This document shows, in pieces, positions 20,576-31,085 of a stretch of DNA of 64,000 nucleotides (position 1 is the stretch's first letter; every line of letters begins with the position of its first letter). This stretch comes from Chthonomonadales bacterium (GTDB lineage Bacteria; Armatimonadota; Chthonomonadetes; Chthonomonadales; CAJBBX01), in assembly GCA_037443035.1 (NCBI GenBank), contig JBBIPC010000020.1, positions 1 to 64,000 of the forward strand, in the 5' to 3' direction. Both the position numbers and the translations under genes were made by a program. Below the pieces are notes generated by a model. The model worked only from the letters and a program-made list of their open reading frames with translations, had not been told where the DNA came from and searched no databases.

Positions 20576-22020
20576 GCGCTACAACAGATACTATCGAAGC
20601 CCTGGCTACGCAGGAGTACAAGCACGGCTGGAGCACGGACATAGAGGCGGACACCCTGCCGAAGGGACTGAACGAGGACATCGTCCGCGAGATCTCTCGG
20701 CGCAAAGGCGAACCAGAATGGCTCCTGGAATGGCGGCTCAAGGCTTTTCGCAAGTGGCAGACCATGGTGGAGCCAACTTGGCACAATGTCCATTATCCCC
20801 CGATCGATTACCAGGACATCATTTACTTCGCCGCTCCGAAGTCTCTGAAGAACGCGCCCAAGAGCCTGGATGAGGTGGATCCTGAGCTTCGCCGAACTTT
20901 CGACCGCCTGGGGATACCGCTGGAAGAGCAGAAGCTGCTGGCAGGAGTGGCCGTGGACGCCGTTTTCGACAGCGTTTCTGTGGCGACAACGTTCAAAGAA
21001 AAGCTGGCGGAACTCGGCATCATCTTCTGCTCGTTCTCCGAGGCCGTGCGAGAGCATCCGGAGCTTGTCCGGCAGTATCTCGGCAGCGTCGTTCCATACT
21101 CAGACAACTTCTTCGCAGCGCTGAACTCCGCGGTATTCAGCGATGGATCGTTCTGTTACGTCCCCAAGGGAGTGCGCTGCCCCATGGAGTTGTCTACGTA
21201 TTTCAGGATTAACGCCAAGAACACGGGTCAGTTCGAACGGACGCTGATCATCGCCGACGCTGGGTCGTATGTGAGCTATCTGGAGGGCTGCACCGCACCC
21301 ATGCGGGACGAGAACCAACTGCACGCAGCCGTTGTGGAGTTAGTTGCGCTCGAGAACGCCACCATCAAGTACTCGACCGTCCAGAACTGGTACCCAGGCG
21401 ACAAGGAAGGGCGCGGCGGCATCTACAACTTCGTCACGAAGCGGGGGAAGTGCCTCGGCGACAACTCCAAGATCACGTGGACTCAGGTGGAGACGGGCTC
21501 CGCTATCACATGGAAGTATCCGGGCTGCCTGCTCATCGGCGAGAATTCCGTCGGCGAGTTCTACTCCGTTGCGGTGACCAACAACTACCAGCAGGCAGAT
21601 ACCGGCACCAAGATGGTCCACATTGGCCGCAACACGCGCAGCACCATCGTCTCGAAGGGTATCTCTGCCGGTCGCGGCCAGAACACGTATCGCGGCCTCG
21701 TCAAGGTGAATCCGGGCGCCGAGAATGCTCGGAACTATTCGCAGTGCGATTCGCTGCTCATCGGTGACAAGTGCGGCGCGCACACCATGCCGTACATCGA
21801 TGTGCGCAACCCCACGGGTCAGGTAGAGCACGAAGCGAGCACATCGAAGATTGGCGAGGACCAGATCTTCTACTGTCGGCAGCGGGGAATCCCGACGGAG
21901 GACGCGGTGAACATGATCGTCAACGGCTTCTGCAAGGAGGTCTTCCGCGAGCTGCCCATGGAGTTCGCAGTAGAGGCGCAGAAACTGCTGAGCATCAGCC
22001 TAGAGGGTAGCGTGGGATAG
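20572..22020 (+). CDS. sufB: Fe-S cluster assembly protein SufB
   Basis: [32 protein letters not shown] and [14 protein letters not shown]. Confidence 0.98.
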   Translation: MSATTDTIEALATQEYKHGWSTDIEADTLPKGLNEDIVREISRRKGEPEWLLEWRLKAFRKWQTMVEPTWHNVHYPPIDYQDIIYFAAPKSLKNAPKSLDEVDPELRRTFDRLGIPLEEQKLLAGVAVDAVFDSVSVATTFKEKLAELGIIFCSFSEAVREHPELVRQYLGSVVPYSDNFFAALNSAVFSDGSFCYVPKGVRCPMELSTYFRINAKNTGQFERTLIIADAGSYVSYLEGCTAPMRDENQLHAAVVELVALENATIKYSTVQNWYPGDKEGRGGIYNFVTKRGKCLGDNSKITWTQVETGSAITWKYPGCLLIGENSVGEFYSVAVTNNYQQADTGTKMVHIGRNTRSTIVSKGISAGRGQNTYRGLVKVNPGAENARNYSQCDSLLIGDKCGAHTMPYIDVRNPTGQVEHEASTSKIGEDQIFYCRQRGIPTEDAVNMIVNGFCKEVFRELPMEFAVEAQKLLSISLEGSVG

Positions 22021-22095
22021 CGACCTCGCAGGATGTGCGCGGTCGAGAGCCTGCCGCAGCGAATCATACGTGACAAACAGGATGGATGACAAAGA

Positions 22096-22872
22096 ATGCT
22101 TGAGATAAGAGATCTGCGGGCCACAGCAGGGGGCACCGAAATCCTGCATGGTATTACGTTGAAGGTCAACGCGGGCGAAGTCCACGCCATCATGGGGCCG
22201 AACGGCTCGGGAAAGAGCACCCTTGCGCGAGTTCTGGCCGGGCATCCGGAGTACGAGGTCACGGGTGGCGAGGTTCTCTACGAGGGAAAGAACCTCCTGG
22301 AGCTCGAACCGGAGGAGCGCGCGTGGGAAGGCATCTTCTTGGCGTTCCAGTATCCCATCGAGATCCCCGGAGTCAACAACACTTACTTTCTGAAAGCGGC
22401 ATTGAATGCCCAGCGGAAAGCTCGCGGCGAGCCGGAACTAGATGCCATGGAGTTCATGGCGATGGTGCGAGCGCGCATGAAGGCTCTGGACATGGACCCC
22501 GCGTTGCTGAATCGGCCTGTCAACGAGGGATTCTCGGGAGGCGAGAAGAAGCGAAACGAGATCCTGCAGATGGCCGTCCTCCAACCGCGACTAGCCATCC
22601 TCGACGAGACCGACTCCGGTCTGGATATCGATGCGCTGCGGATCGTCGCAAACGGTGTCAACGCTCTGCGGACGCCCGAGCGCGCCATCATCGTAGTCAC
22701 GCATTACCAGCGCCTTCTGAACTACATCGTTCCGGACTTCGTGCATGTGCTTTCGGATGGCCGCATTGTCCGGTCCGGAGGAAAAGAGCTTGCGCTGGAG
22801 CTAGAAGAGAAGGGCTACGGCTGGCTGGAGGAACCGGCGCTGGCTGGCTTTGCGGGAGCTAACCATGGCTAA
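22096..22872 (+). CDS. sufC: Fe-S cluster assembly ATPase SufC
   Basis: GPNGSGKST, FSGGEKKRNE, LDETDSGLDIDAL and VTHYQRLL. Confidence 0.98.
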   Translation: MLEIRDLRATAGGTEILHGITLKVNAGEVHAIMGPNGSGKSTLARVLAGHPEYEVTGGEVLYEGKNLLELEPEERAWEGIFLAFQYPIEIPGVNNTYFLKAALNAQRKARGEPELDAMEFMAMVRARMKALDMDPALLNRPVNEGFSGGEKKRNEILQMAVLQPRLAILDETDSGLDIDALRIVANGVNALRTPERAIIVVTHYQRLLNYIVPDFVHVLSDGRIVRSGGKELALELEEKGYGWLEEPALAGFAGANHG

Positions 22873-24229
22873 CAGAACGCACCAACCAGCCCTGCACCCG
22901 CCGCACTATCAGCAACTCTTCATGGAGGTCCGACGACGAGTGTCGCAGGAGCCACCGTGGATGGTGGAGCTGCGCGAAGCAGCCATGGATCGATTCGGCG
23001 ATCTCGGATTCCCGCTTCCTTCGGATGAAGAGTGGCGGTTCACGCCAGTGGGGCCGATAGCCGAGACGCCCTTTGCGTTAGCCGATGGGGGAGGGTCCAT
23101 CGAGACTGTCCCTGCGCAACTGCTGACGGACCTCTCGCCTATGCGAATCGTCCTCGCAAACGGACGGTACGCAGGGGATCACAGGAGTCTGGACCGATTA
23201 CCAACCGGAGTCGTCTTGTGTTGCCTCAGGACTGCCGTCGAGTCACGCCCGGATCTGGTGGCAGCGTATCTTGGCGCACTCGCTTCCGATGGTCCAAGTC
23301 TCACTTCCCTGAACACCGCGCTGCACGAAGACGGGGTGTTCGTTTACGTGTCATCCGGCGTAGTGGTAGAAGCGCCGTTAGTCATTCATCATGTGGGAAG
23401 TGCGTCGTCTGAAAAGCCCGCTGTGCTGTCTCCACGCGTTCTCGTAGTGACAGAATCGAACAGCTCTCTGACCATCGTCGAGGTCTACTCAGGGGCGACC
23501 GAGAGCGCACACTGGACGAACGCCGTCACAGAGGTTGCCATCGGGGCGAACGCGATCGTGGAGCATTACCGGTTGCAGCATGAGCCGCTGACGGCTTACC
23601 ACACGGCGAGAACTGCCGTGGCGCTGGATCGCGATTCCCGCTACACGTCCTTTGTGGTTCAGACGGGTGGCAGTATCGCACGCCACGACCTCGGTGTAGT
23701 CCTGCACGGGGAGGGAGGGTGCTGCACCCTGAACGGTCTGTACATCGGGCGTGGGCGCCAGTTGATGGACAACCACACCGTCATTGACCATGCAGTGGCC
23801 CATTGCGAGAGCCACGAGCTCTATAAGGGCATTCTCGATGGGCGGGCTCACGGGGTTTTCAATGGCAAGGTGTACGTGAGGCCGGATGCCCAGAAGACCG
23901 ATGCCAAGCAGAGTAATCAGACGTTGCTCCTCTCGGAAGGAGCGCGCGTGGATACGAAACCCCAGCTCGAGATCTTCGCAGACGACGTCCGCTGCACCCA
24001 TGGGGCTACTGTGGGTCAGTTGGATGCGGACGCCATGTTCTACCTACGAAGTCGCGGCTTCACCACGGACGATGCGCGGAGCGTTCTCGTTCACGCTTTC
24101 GCCAGCGAGATCGTGGACCGTATGACTCTGAGCCGGGTCCGGGGCGACGTCGAGGGCATTCTGTTGGAGCGGCTTCCTCGGCCATCATCCTTGGCGATGG
24201 TTTCCGGGGCTGAGGAGTGGTTGGCATGA
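22865..24229 (+). CDS. sufD: Fe-S cluster assembly protein SufD
   Basis: EEWRFT, VFNGKVYV, KPQLEIFADDVRCTHGATVG. Confidence 0.95.
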   Translation: MANRTHQPALHPPHYQQLFMEVRRRVSQEPPWMVELREAAMDRFGDLGFPLPSDEEWRFTPVGPIAETPFALADGGGSIETVPAQLLTDLSPMRIVLANGRYAGDHRSLDRLPTGVVLCCLRTAVESRPDLVAAYLGALASDGPSLTSLNTALHEDGVFVYVSSGVVVEAPLVIHHVGSASSEKPAVLSPRVLVVTESNSSLTIVEVYSGATESAHWTNAVTEVAIGANAIVEHYRLQHEPLTAYHTARTAVALDRDSRYTSFVVQTGGSIARHDLGVVLHGEGGCCTLNGLYIGRGRQLMDNHTVIDHAVAHCESHELYKGILDGRAHGVFNGKVYVRPDAQKTDAKQSNQTLLLSEGARVDTKPQLEIFADDVRCTHGATVGQLDADAMFYLRSRGFTTDDARSVLVHAFASEIVDRMTLSRVRGDVEGILLERLPRPSSLAMVSGAEEWLA

Positions 24230-25479
24230 GTGTGGAAGCGCTGGATCGGACGCAAGGGACAGCGTTTGACGTTGCGGCGATACGTCAGGACTTCCCGATA
24301 CTGTCGCAACGGGTCCATGGTAGACCGCTTGTGTACCTCGATAACGCGGCCACGACCCAAAAGCCTACAGCAGTACTGGAGGCCATTCAGCGCTATTACA
24401 CCACTGACAATGCGAATATCCATCGAGGGGTCCACGTCCTGAGCCAGCGTGCGACCGATGGCTATGAGCAGGCACGCCATACCGTGCGCCGGTTCCTGCA
24501 TGCTGCTGACGATAGGGAAATCGTCTTCGTGCGGGGCGCCACCGAAGCCATCAACCTCGTTGCTCACTCGTACGGTTCCTTGGTGCTCGGACCAGATCGC
24601 GAGGTCCTGATTACGGAGATGGAACACCATGCCAACATCGTGCCGTGGCAAATGGCATGCGAACGGACTTGCGCCCGGCTGCGCGTGGTTCCGATCACCG
24701 ATGATGGACAACTGGACATGGGGGCTTTCGGGGCCTTGTTGTCGGAGCGGACGGCCATCGTAGCTGTGGCGCACATCTCCAACGCCCTGGGTACTGTGAA
24801 TCCCGTCTCCGAGATCGTTCGGAAGGCTCACGAAGTGGGTGCTGCGGTTCTCGTGGATGGCGCTCAGGCCGCTGGCCACATGCATGTCAATGTGCAAGAG
24901 ATCGGCTGTGAGTTCTATGTGTTCTCGGGCCACAAGGCGCTCGGACCGACGGGGATAGGCGCGCTGTACGGGCGACTAGACGTTCTGGACCGAATGCCGC
25001 CCTACCAGGGTGGCGGCGACATGATCCGTACCGTGAGTTTCGAGAAGACGACCTACAACGATGTCCCGGCTCGTTTCGAGGCTGGCACGCCCCACATAGC
25101 GGGCGCGGTCGGTCTGGCAGTTGCTTTGGACTACCTCTCGTCGGTTGGCTTGGACGCTATCGAGGCTCATGAACACGGACTGCTGGCATATGCCACAGAG
25201 CGGCTGAGGGAATACTCGGATCTCAGAATACTCGGTAGCGCGCCCGCTAAGTCTGGCATTATCTCCTTCGTCATGGACACCGCACATCCACACGATATCG
25301 GTACGATTCTGGATCTCCAGGGCATTGCAATACGCACCGGTCATCACTGTGCCATGCCTCTGATGGCCAGGTTAGGAGTTCCAGCCACCGCCCGCGCGTC
25401 CTTCGCGGTCTACAATACTTGCGAAGATGTGGACGCCCTCGTCACAGGCCTAAAGCGCGTGTACGATGTGTTCGGCTAG
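24226..25479 (+). CDS. sufS: Cysteine desulfurase SufS
   Basis: YLDNAATTQKP, SGHK (PLP lysine) and RTGHHCA catalytic Cys. Confidence 0.97.
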   Translation: MSVEALDRTQGTAFDVAAIRQDFPILSQRVHGRPLVYLDNAATTQKPTAVLEAIQRYYTTDNANIHRGVHVLSQRATDGYEQARHTVRRFLHAADDREIVFVRGATEAINLVAHSYGSLVLGPDREVLITEMEHHANIVPWQMACERTCARLRVVPITDDGQLDMGAFGALLSERTAIVAVAHISNALGTVNPVSEIVRKAHEVGAAVLVDGAQAAGHMHVNVQEIGCEFYVFSGHKALGPTGIGALYGRLDVLDRMPPYQGGGDMIRTVSFEKTTYNDVPARFEAGTPHIAGAVGLAVALDYLSSVGLDAIEAHEHGLLAYATERLREYSDLRILGSAPAKSGIISFVMDTAHPHDIGTILDLQGIAIRTGHHCAMPLMARLGVPATARASFAVYNTCEDVDALVTGLKRVYDVFG

Positions 25480-25512
25480 GACGCAGGCGTCTGCGGAGGC
25501 AAGTACTCGGAT

Positions 25513-25965
25513 ATGTCGGAACTGAGCGAGCTTTACCAGGAGATCATCCTCGACCACAACAGGTCACCACGGAACTTTCGCATCCTCGAGGACGCGGACA
25601 GCCAGGCAATCGGTCACAATCCGCTGTGCGGCGACCAGATCACGGTGTACATTCGCATGGATGGCGACCGCATTCGTGATGTTGCCTTCCAGGGCGCTGG
25701 CTGCGCTATTTCGAAGGCATCGGCCTCTCTCATGACGGAGGCGGTAAAGGGGAAGACCCTTGCCGAGGCAGAAGATCTGTTCCGCGACTTCCATCACATG
25801 GTAACGGACAGTCCGGAATCGCTGCCGGACATCGAGAGAATGGGCAAGCTCGCGGCATTCGCTGGAGTGTGCGAATTTCCCGCTCGCGTAAAGTGTGCCA
25901 GTCTTGCATGGCATACACTTATCGCTGCAATCAAGCGCGAGCGTCAGCCGGTATCCACCGAATAG
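25513..25965 (+). CDS. sufU: SufU sulfur-transfer/scaffold protein
   Basis: LYQEIILDH, NPLCGD, GCAISKAS and RVKCASLAW. Confidence 0.95.
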   Translation: MSELSELYQEIILDHNRSPRNFRILEDADSQAIGHNPLCGDQITVYIRMDGDRIRDVAFQGAGCAISKASASLMTEAVKGKTLAEAEDLFRDFHHMVTDSPESLPDIERMGKLAAFAGVCEFPARVKCASLAWHTLIAAIKRERQPVSTE

Positions 25966-25986
25966 GCCGGACGGAAGGACCGTTGC

Positions 25987-26307
25987 ATGAATACCGTTAG
26001 CAGGCTCATGATCGAGTCCGATATCATCGAGACGCTGAAGACCATCTACGATCCGGAAATCCCTGTCAGCATCTATGATATGGGCCTGGTATACGGAATC
26101 GAGGTGAGGGACGACGGCTCTGTGCACATCGAGATGACCCTCACGGCCCCAGGATGCCCAGTGGCCGTCACACTGCCCCTGGAAGTGGAGCAGAAAGTGC
26201 GGGGCGTGCGAGGCGTGAAGGACGTGAAGGTCGAGATCGTTTGGGACCCGCCCTGGACACCCGACAGGATGAGCGAGGAAGCGAAGCTGGAGCTGGGATG
26301 GCTCTAG
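25987..26307 (+). CDS. DUF59/SufT (MIP18-family) Fe-S maturation protein
   Basis: DPEIPVSIYDMGLVY, MTLTAPGCP and WDPPWTPDRMS. Confidence 0.93.
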   Translation: MNTVSRLMIESDIIETLKTIYDPEIPVSIYDMGLVYGIEVRDDGSVHIEMTLTAPGCPVAVTLPLEVEQKVRGVRGVKDVKVEIVWDPPWTPDRMSEEAKLELGWL

Positions 26308-26338
26308 GGGCGCGTCCAGCTCCAGTCAGCTCCATGGT

Positions 26339-27331
26339 CTAGAAATCGAACTGGTCCACGTTCTCCTTGGTGATCGTAACGCCCGGGATGAGCACTGTGC
26401 CATTCTTGTAGCTTATCTTGCCGATACCCTCGACCTCTGCTCCGTCCTCAGGCTGCTTACCATCCAAGTAGTCGTTGACGGCTTTGGCGGCATAGTAGGT
26501 CAGTTTGGCGGGATCCCACAGCATGAGACCTGAGACGGCCCCGGACTTGAGGTACTGACGCGTCTCGGAGGGAAGAGCCAAGCCCCAGACCTTGACCTTA
26601 CCGATCTTTCCAAGGCTCGTAATGGCCTCTCCTACGGCGGGCGCGCTAGGCGAGTTTGCGCAGGCGAAACCGACGATATCAGGGTCCTTCTGCAGTGCGG
26701 CCACGGCCATGGTCCGAGCCTTCTGATTGTCGTCGTCGTTGTAGATATAGGGCTTCACCAGCAGAATGCCTGGATACTTGGCGAAGCCCTGCTCCATGCC
26801 CTGAACATGCAGGTTCAGATTCGCCGCCCCTCTGCCCCCACTGACGATCTGCACCTTGCCCTTGCCCCCAATGTCCTTGGCGAGGGCTTCGGCGATGTCC
26901 ACGCCAATCTTGACGTCATCGGCCGCAGCCACGTAGAAGATGCGTTGGGACTTTGGAGCATCCGAATCCCATGTAAAGACCTTCACGCCCGCATCCATTG
27001 CTTTCTTGATCACAGGAACGATGGCCTCGGCATCATTGGGAGATACGACGATGGCATCTGCTTTCTCCGCGATGAGCTGTTCCATGATCGCGATCTGCTT
27101 GCCGACCTCGGCCTTGTCCGGAGCCAGGTAATCCACGCGAATACCGAGCTCCCTGGCTGCCTGCTGTGCACCACGCTTGCAGACCTCGCTGTAGAGGAGG
27201 CCATCCACCTTGAAGACGAATGCAATACGCCGAGCCTCCGTCTTGGCTGCCTCCTTCGAACAGGAAGCCGTCCAGGGAAGGAGTGCTGCGGCCAGGCCGA
27301 GCAATGCTGCCACGCGCGCGAGTCGATTCAT
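26339..27331 (-). CDS. Monosaccharide ABC transporter substrate-binding lipoprotein (RhaS/LsrB-like)
   Basis: Lipobox TASC; ADAIVVSPND, VFTWDSD and LWDP. Confidence 0.88.
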   Translation of the reverse strand: MNRLARVAALLGLAAALLPWTASCSKEAAKTEARRIAFVFKVDGLLYSEVCKRGAQQAARELGIRVDYLAPDKAEVGKQIAIMEQLIAEKADAIVVSPNDAEAIVPVIKKAMDAGVKVFTWDSDAPKSQRIFYVAAADDVKIGVDIAEALAKDIGGKGKVQIVSGGRGAANLNLHVQGMEQGFAKYPGILLVKPYIYNDDDNQKARTMAVAALQKDPDIVGFACANSPSAPAVGEAITSLGKIGKVKVWGLALPSETRQYLKSGAVSGLMLWDPAKLTYYAAKAVNDYLDGKQPEDGAEVEGIGKISYKNGTVLIPGVTITKENVDQFDF

Positions 27332-28272
27332 GTAGTCCTTCTCCTTTCCTGAGAACGCCATCGGTCCACTTCGACCGATAGCAGCAATCCCAGACCAAGC
27401 ACCAGCAAGACCCAGATGTCTCCCTTGCCGTAGGCCCTGACCCCGTTCGTGATCAAGCCGATAGCAAGAACCCCTAGAGCAGTGCCTATCATTGTAGCCT
27501 TTCCACCCTGCACGGGTGTGCCGCCCATGACCACAGCCGTGATCGCGGTCATCTCGGAAAATCGACCAGCATCAGGGATTGCCGTAGCGCCACGTGCCAC
27601 GATAATGATCGCGGCCAGAGCAGCAAGCAGTCCGTTGACGACGTACGCAAGAGCCTCGATATGAGCCACCGGTTGGCCGCTAAGAAACGCTGCCTCACGT
27701 CCCCCTCCGATAGCCAGAAGACCGCGTCCGAAGGCGGTGTACCGCAGCACCGTACCACATGCGCAGAGTGCCAGGAGTGCTACCCAGGCCGGATGGGGAA
27801 TGCCTAGGAAGCTGCCGTACCCGAACGAGATGAGCACGCTGGGCAGCCCAGAGATACTTTCGCCAGCGCTGAGTACGTACGCACCAGCACGTCCCGCCGC
27901 GAACATAGCCAGCGTGGCTACAATCGGCGGCAACTTGAACCTGGCAACGAGTAGGCCGTTGATCGTGCCGCAGATCACTCCCACCGTCAGGCACGCAGCT
28001 ACCGCAGTGGATATGCCGAGACCACCTATTACCATGAGTTTTGCGAATACGATGGCGCAAACGCCCGCGATGGAGCCCACCGACACATCTATGCCGCCTG
28101 TGGCGATGACCAGGGTCATCCCAGCAGCCAGAATGCCAATCTCAGCCGTATTCGTCAGTACCACGGCAATGCCTGAGCCAGATCTGAGCGAGGGAAACAC
28201 GGCGGCAAGCCAGGCGTACGCAGCCGCTACGACAAATGCCACTCCAGTCTCGGTGGGCAGAGAGTGCCTCAT
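27328..28272 (-). CDS. Monosaccharide ABC transporter permease (CUT2)
   Basis: GGIDVSVGS, LPPIVATL and AVVMGGT..GG. Confidence 0.9.
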   Translation of the reverse strand: MRHSLPTETGVAFVVAAAYAWLAAVFPSLRSGSGIAVVLTNTAEIGILAAGMTLVIATGGIDVSVGSIAGVCAIVFAKLMVIGGLGISTAVAACLTVGVICGTINGLLVARFKLPPIVATLAMFAAGRAGAYVLSAGESISGLPSVLISFGYGSFLGIPHPAWVALLALCACGTVLRYTAFGRGLLAIGGGREAAFLSGQPVAHIEALAYVVNGLLAALAAIIIVARGATAIPDAGRFSEMTAITAVVMGGTPVQGGKATMIGTALGVLAIGLITNGVRAYGKGDIWVLLVLGLGLLLSVEVDRWRSQERRRTT

Positions 28273-29237
28273 GATTGTCGCTCCACGCGCCTGCGCCACT
28301 GCTCCGTCAAGGCGGCAACGACGATCACAGCGCCCGTGATAAGACCGTATTGTTCGACAGGCACTCCTGATAGGAAAAGGGCGTTGCGGAGAATGACGAT
28401 GATCATCGCTCCGAGGGCGGCGCCCAGCATGCTGCCTTCGCCGCCAGTGAGCCTGACGCCGCCGATGACTACCGCTGCGATGACATCCAGCTCCCATCCG
28501 TCCGCAAGCGTCCACTGGGCATTGCCGTTCGCTGCAGCCAGTAGTAACCCTGCGCATGCTGTCAGCAGTCCCGCGAGCGCATACACCCGTCGCGAGATCG
28601 AAGGAACGGCAACTCCCGAGAGTCGTGCAGCCGAGGCGCTGCCGCCTACGGCCATGACGTGTCGGCCGAACCGCGTGTATCCAAGCGTCACCCAGAGTGC
28701 GACGGAGATGAGAAGGAGAGCACCAAGGGGCACGAAGCCACGCCCGATCTGTTTGAAACTTTCCGGTAGAAGATTGTACGGCGCGGCGCCGGTGGCGACG
28801 TTGGTCAGTCCGCGGTAGAGCAGGAGAGTGGCAAGGGTCACAATAATGGGTGGCAGTCGGCGGTAGGTGACCAGCGCTCCGTTGAGCGTTCCGCCGAGGT
28901 AGCCGACCAGAAGACCCAGCACGCCAGCCACAGGCCAGGTAAGTCCGCGCATCATGGCGCTGCCGGCTACGCAAGCCGACATTGCCAGAGTCGAGCCGAT
29001 GGACAAGTCAATACCTGCCGTCAGGATAACGAGGGCTTCACCGCATGCCATGATGCCAAGAATGCCGGCGTCCTGAGCCACGACAGCCAGATTGTCGGGA
29101 GTGCGGAACGCGGGGGTCGTAGTCAACAGACACGTCAGAGTGGCGAGCAGCAACGCAGCCGCCGGAAGCTCGCGTACTCGAAGAAACGACCAGCGAGACT
29201 CGGCCCTATGACCTTGCTCCAGTGATGGCCTCCACAA
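28269..29237 (-). CDS. Monosaccharide ABC transporter permease (CUT2); start uncertain
   Basis: AGIDLSIGS and ELDVIAAVVIGGVRLTGG. Confidence 0.88.
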   Translation of the reverse strand: MWRPSLEQGHRAESRWSFLRVRELPAAALLLATLTCLLTTTPAFRTPDNLAVVAQDAGILGIMACGEALVILTAGIDLSIGSTLAMSACVAGSAMMRGLTWPVAGVLGLLVGYLGGTLNGALVTYRRLPPIIVTLATLLLYRGLTNVATGAAPYNLLPESFKQIGRGFVPLGALLLISVALWVTLGYTRFGRHVMAVGGSASAARLSGVAVPSISRRVYALAGLLTACAGLLLAAANGNAQWTLADGWELDVIAAVVIGGVRLTGGEGSMLGAALGAMIIVILRNALFLSGVPVEQYGLITGAVIVVAALTEQWRRRVERQS

Positions 29238-29847
29238 AGCGCTTGGTCATTTCCGTGACTGCCTCGAAGTCACCGGTTCGAGCACCGGCTGTGAGACTCC
29301 CGCCCACACCGACGGCCACACTGCCGGCCCTGATCCACTCGCCAACATTGTTGAGTGAGACGCCGCCCGTGGGAACTAGCCGGGCATGAGGTAGTGGGCC
29401 ACGCACAGCCTTCACGAACGCGGGTCCGAGCACTTCACCAGGAAAGACTTTCACCAACTCGGCGCCTAGCTCGATGGCCTCCAGGATCTCGCGCACCGTC
29501 ATGGCGCCAGGCATACACAGAACGCCGTATCGGTGGCACAGACGGACCGTCTTCGCGCTCATGCAAGGCGATACGATGAAATGGGCCCCTGCCAGGATGG
29601 CCGCGCGAGCAGTCTCTGGGTCCAGGACTGTGCCGGCGCCGATGAGTATCTCGTCAGGTGGGAACCTACGTGCCAGCACCTCGATAGCACGAACTGCTCC
29701 TGGCACGGTGAACGTGATCTCGATGGCAGCCGCACCTCCTGCCTGGCACGCTTCGGCGATACGCAGGGCCTGCTCGTCGGACTCAGCGCGCACGACCGCG
29801 ATAAGGCCCGTTTTCTCTATCCTGGCAGCGACCTCGGAGCGTAACAT
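29206..29847 (-). CDS. eda: KDPG/KHG aldolase
   Basis: IEITFT, GAGTVLD, VKVFPG and PTGGVS. Confidence 0.93.
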   Translation of the reverse strand: MLRSEVAARIEKTGLIAVVRAESDEQALRIAEACQAGGAAAIEITFTVPGAVRAIEVLARRFPPDEILIGAGTVLDPETARAAILAGAHFIVSPCMSAKTVRLCHRYGVLCMPGAMTVREILEAIELGAELVKVFPGEVLGPAFVKAVRGPLPHARLVPTGGVSLNNVGEWIRAGSVAVGVGGSLTAGARTGDFEAVTEMTKRFVEAITGARS

Positions 29848-29858
29848 GCAGGGTTCCC

Positions 29859-30956
29859 CTAACGCTGTACCCTGCCGGATGCCTGGCCCTTCATGAGGGC
29901 TTCGATCTCGCTTCTACTGGCCAGGTTCATATCTCCTTGAACGGAGTGCTTCCAGCAGCCCGCAGCCGCAGCGAACGAGGCAATCCGTGGAGGGTCGGAT
30001 AACTCTGCGGTCAGGGATGCGTAGATCAAACCAGCACAGAAAGCGTCGCCAGCACCGACTCGGTCCACGATGCTCCGGATCTCGTACGGCGCATAATTGC
30101 CGTCGCCATCGGTAGGTGCGAAGAATGCCGTGTCCGTCTTGGCATCGTAGAGCATGCCACCCCAGTTGTTGTGCGTGGCGGAGATGCTTTCCCGCAAGGT
30201 GATCGCGACGCGTGAAACGTTTGGGAACTGCCGGACGATCTCACGGGCGACGACCGCGTAGGCTTCCGGGTTCAAGCGGCCTACGGCGACGTCGGTTCCG
30301 CTTGCCTTGATACCGAGCACCATCTCCGCGTCTTCCTCGTTGGCAATGACAACATCCACGTAGGGGAGGATATTTCGCATCGTTCGCTCTGCAAGCTCTC
30401 GCGCTGGAACGCCCGCATGCCAGGTCCACAGCTTCCTGCGGAAGTTGAGATCGCAACTGACGATTAGTCCCTTCGCCTTGGCCGTCTTGACAGCGGCCAG
30501 TGTCGCATCGGCAGCGTTGCGGCTGAGCGCTGGAGTGATTCCGGTCACATGAAACCATGCCCGATCCTGGAGTATGGAGCTCCAACTGTATGCTTCAGGG
30601 GGTGCTAGCGCGAGACTCGAATGACCCCTGTCGTAGGTGACGACGCTGGGCCTTTGGTTCGCTCCGGCCTCGAGAAAGTACAGACCGAGCCGTCCCTCTT
30701 CCGTCCGCACAATGCGCGATGTGTCTACACCAAGGCTCTGGAGGAAGCGGACGCAGGCGTCTGCGATGGGATTACGTGGCAAGGCCGTGACGAAGACGGG
30801 ATCGGCCCCAAGGACAGCGAGCGAGACTGCCACATTCGCCTCTCCACCCCCGAAGGTGAGGTCTACAGATCCCGGCAGGGCCTGGGTCCACCGCAGAAGC
30901 CCGTGAGGGGCAATTCGGCCCATGATCTCGCCGAAAGTCACAACAGATGCGGCCAT
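29859..30956 (-). CDS. kdgK: 2-keto-3-deoxygluconate kinase (PfkB family)
   Basis: TFGEIM, GGGEANVA, DLNFRRKLW and DRVGAGDAF; adjacent to eda. Confidence 0.88.
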   Translation of the reverse strand: MAASVVTFGEIMGRIAPHGLLRWTQALPGSVDLTFGGGEANVAVSLAVLGADPVFVTALPRNPIADACVRFLQSLGVDTSRIVRTEEGRLGLYFLEAGANQRPSVVTYDRGHSSLALAPPEAYSWSSILQDRAWFHVTGITPALSRNAADATLAAVKTAKAKGLIVSCDLNFRRKLWTWHAGVPARELAERTMRNILPYVDVVIANEEDAEMVLGIKASGTDVAVGRLNPEAYAVVAREIVRQFPNVSRVAITLRESISATHNNWGGMLYDAKTDTAFFAPTDGDGNYAPYEIRSIVDRVGAGDAFCAGLIYASLTAELSDPPRIASFAAAAGCWKHSVQGDMNLASRSEIEALMKGQASGRVQR

Positions 30957-31085
30957 GTGGCATACCTCTTTATTGGGTGGCGCTGGCTGAAGTACGAGGG
31001 GCGACGCAGGCTCCACGCGCCAGCGCCCGACGCACCATTGCCTGTGCTGCAGCCTGCGATGTGCGGCAGCACTGCGGCCGCCAGG

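Noticed and set aside
26339..27331. AI-2 receptor LsrB / quorum-sensing locus
   Set aside because: No lsrK, lsrR, lsrF or lsrG nearby, and the segment carrying the LsrB Asp-Gln ligand residues appears not to be conserved (AANLNLH).
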